Shown: piece after piece, positions 31,924 to 32,000 of the stretch
How positions within the stretch are numbered: position 1 is the first letter of the stretch
Layout of the letters: each line of letters begins with the position of its first letter
Source of the DNA: Candidatus Nitrosopumilus koreensis AR1
Lineage (GTDB): Archaea > Thermoproteota > Nitrososphaeria > Nitrososphaerales > Nitrosopumilaceae
DNA length: 32,000 nt
Assembly: GCF_000299365.1 (NCBI RefSeq)
Contig: NC_018655.1
Coordinates: 1,020,001 to 1,052,000, forward strand
Direction: 5' to 3'
Translations under genes and position numbers: made by a program
The notes under the pieces: model-generated
Told to the model about the DNA's origin: nothing
The model's database searches: none
The model's input: only the letters and a program-made list of their open reading frames with translations

Positions 31924-32000
31924 TCAAAGAATTTTGTTGTATATAATTAGACGTGTTTTAAAATTATTAATGTCTGTAACACAGAATTATCTTTTGATGT

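Overview
AT-rich archaeal DNA, most consistent with a marine ammonia-oxidising thaumarchaeon (Nitrosopumilus-like). This is an inference from a PEFG-CTERM-type sorting signal, two-domain copper oxidases with fused plastocyanin-like domains, near-leaderless promoter geometry and frequent ATGA/TAATG gene overlaps. No rRNA, tRNA or CRISPR array was recognised.

Layout:
(1) Left core flank, 1-4522: NSS-transporter fragment, zinc-ribbon UspA, PEFG-CTERM surface protein, sensor histidine kinase.
(2) A ~26.5 kb insertion bounded by an exact 22-bp direct repeat (4541-4562 and 31034-31055), with a tyrosine integrase just inside the right copy. A degenerate third att-like site at 16651-16694 suggests two tandem modules.
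- Module 1 (4.6-16.6 kb) carries a GT-C plus GT2-GtrA glycosylation pair. It also carries a long minus-strand array of secreted or membrane-anchored cassette genes with three copies of one promoter/leader and seven exact copies of the junction ATGAAAACTAG.
- Module 2 (16.7-31.0 kb) carries a HAMP/cyclase-like sensor, an ArsR-FilR1 regulator and a hemerythrin. It also carries two paralogous multicopper oxidase plus small zinc-ribbon modules, a GTGAAAA iteron-like array, and the integrase.
- Module 2 also holds the most interesting locus: a three-component ABC-3C-type conflict/defence operon made of a Cap4/DUF4297-like nuclease effector, a middle component and a DUF3732 coiled-coil ABC ATPase.
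(3) Right core flank: TauE/SafE permease.

Caveat: four genes (histidine kinase, ABC-3C effector twice, TauE) are interrupted only at A/T homopolymers. Pseudogene calls may therefore reflect homopolymer sequencing error.

All functional calls rest on motif recognition by eye from the supplied translations; no searches were run.
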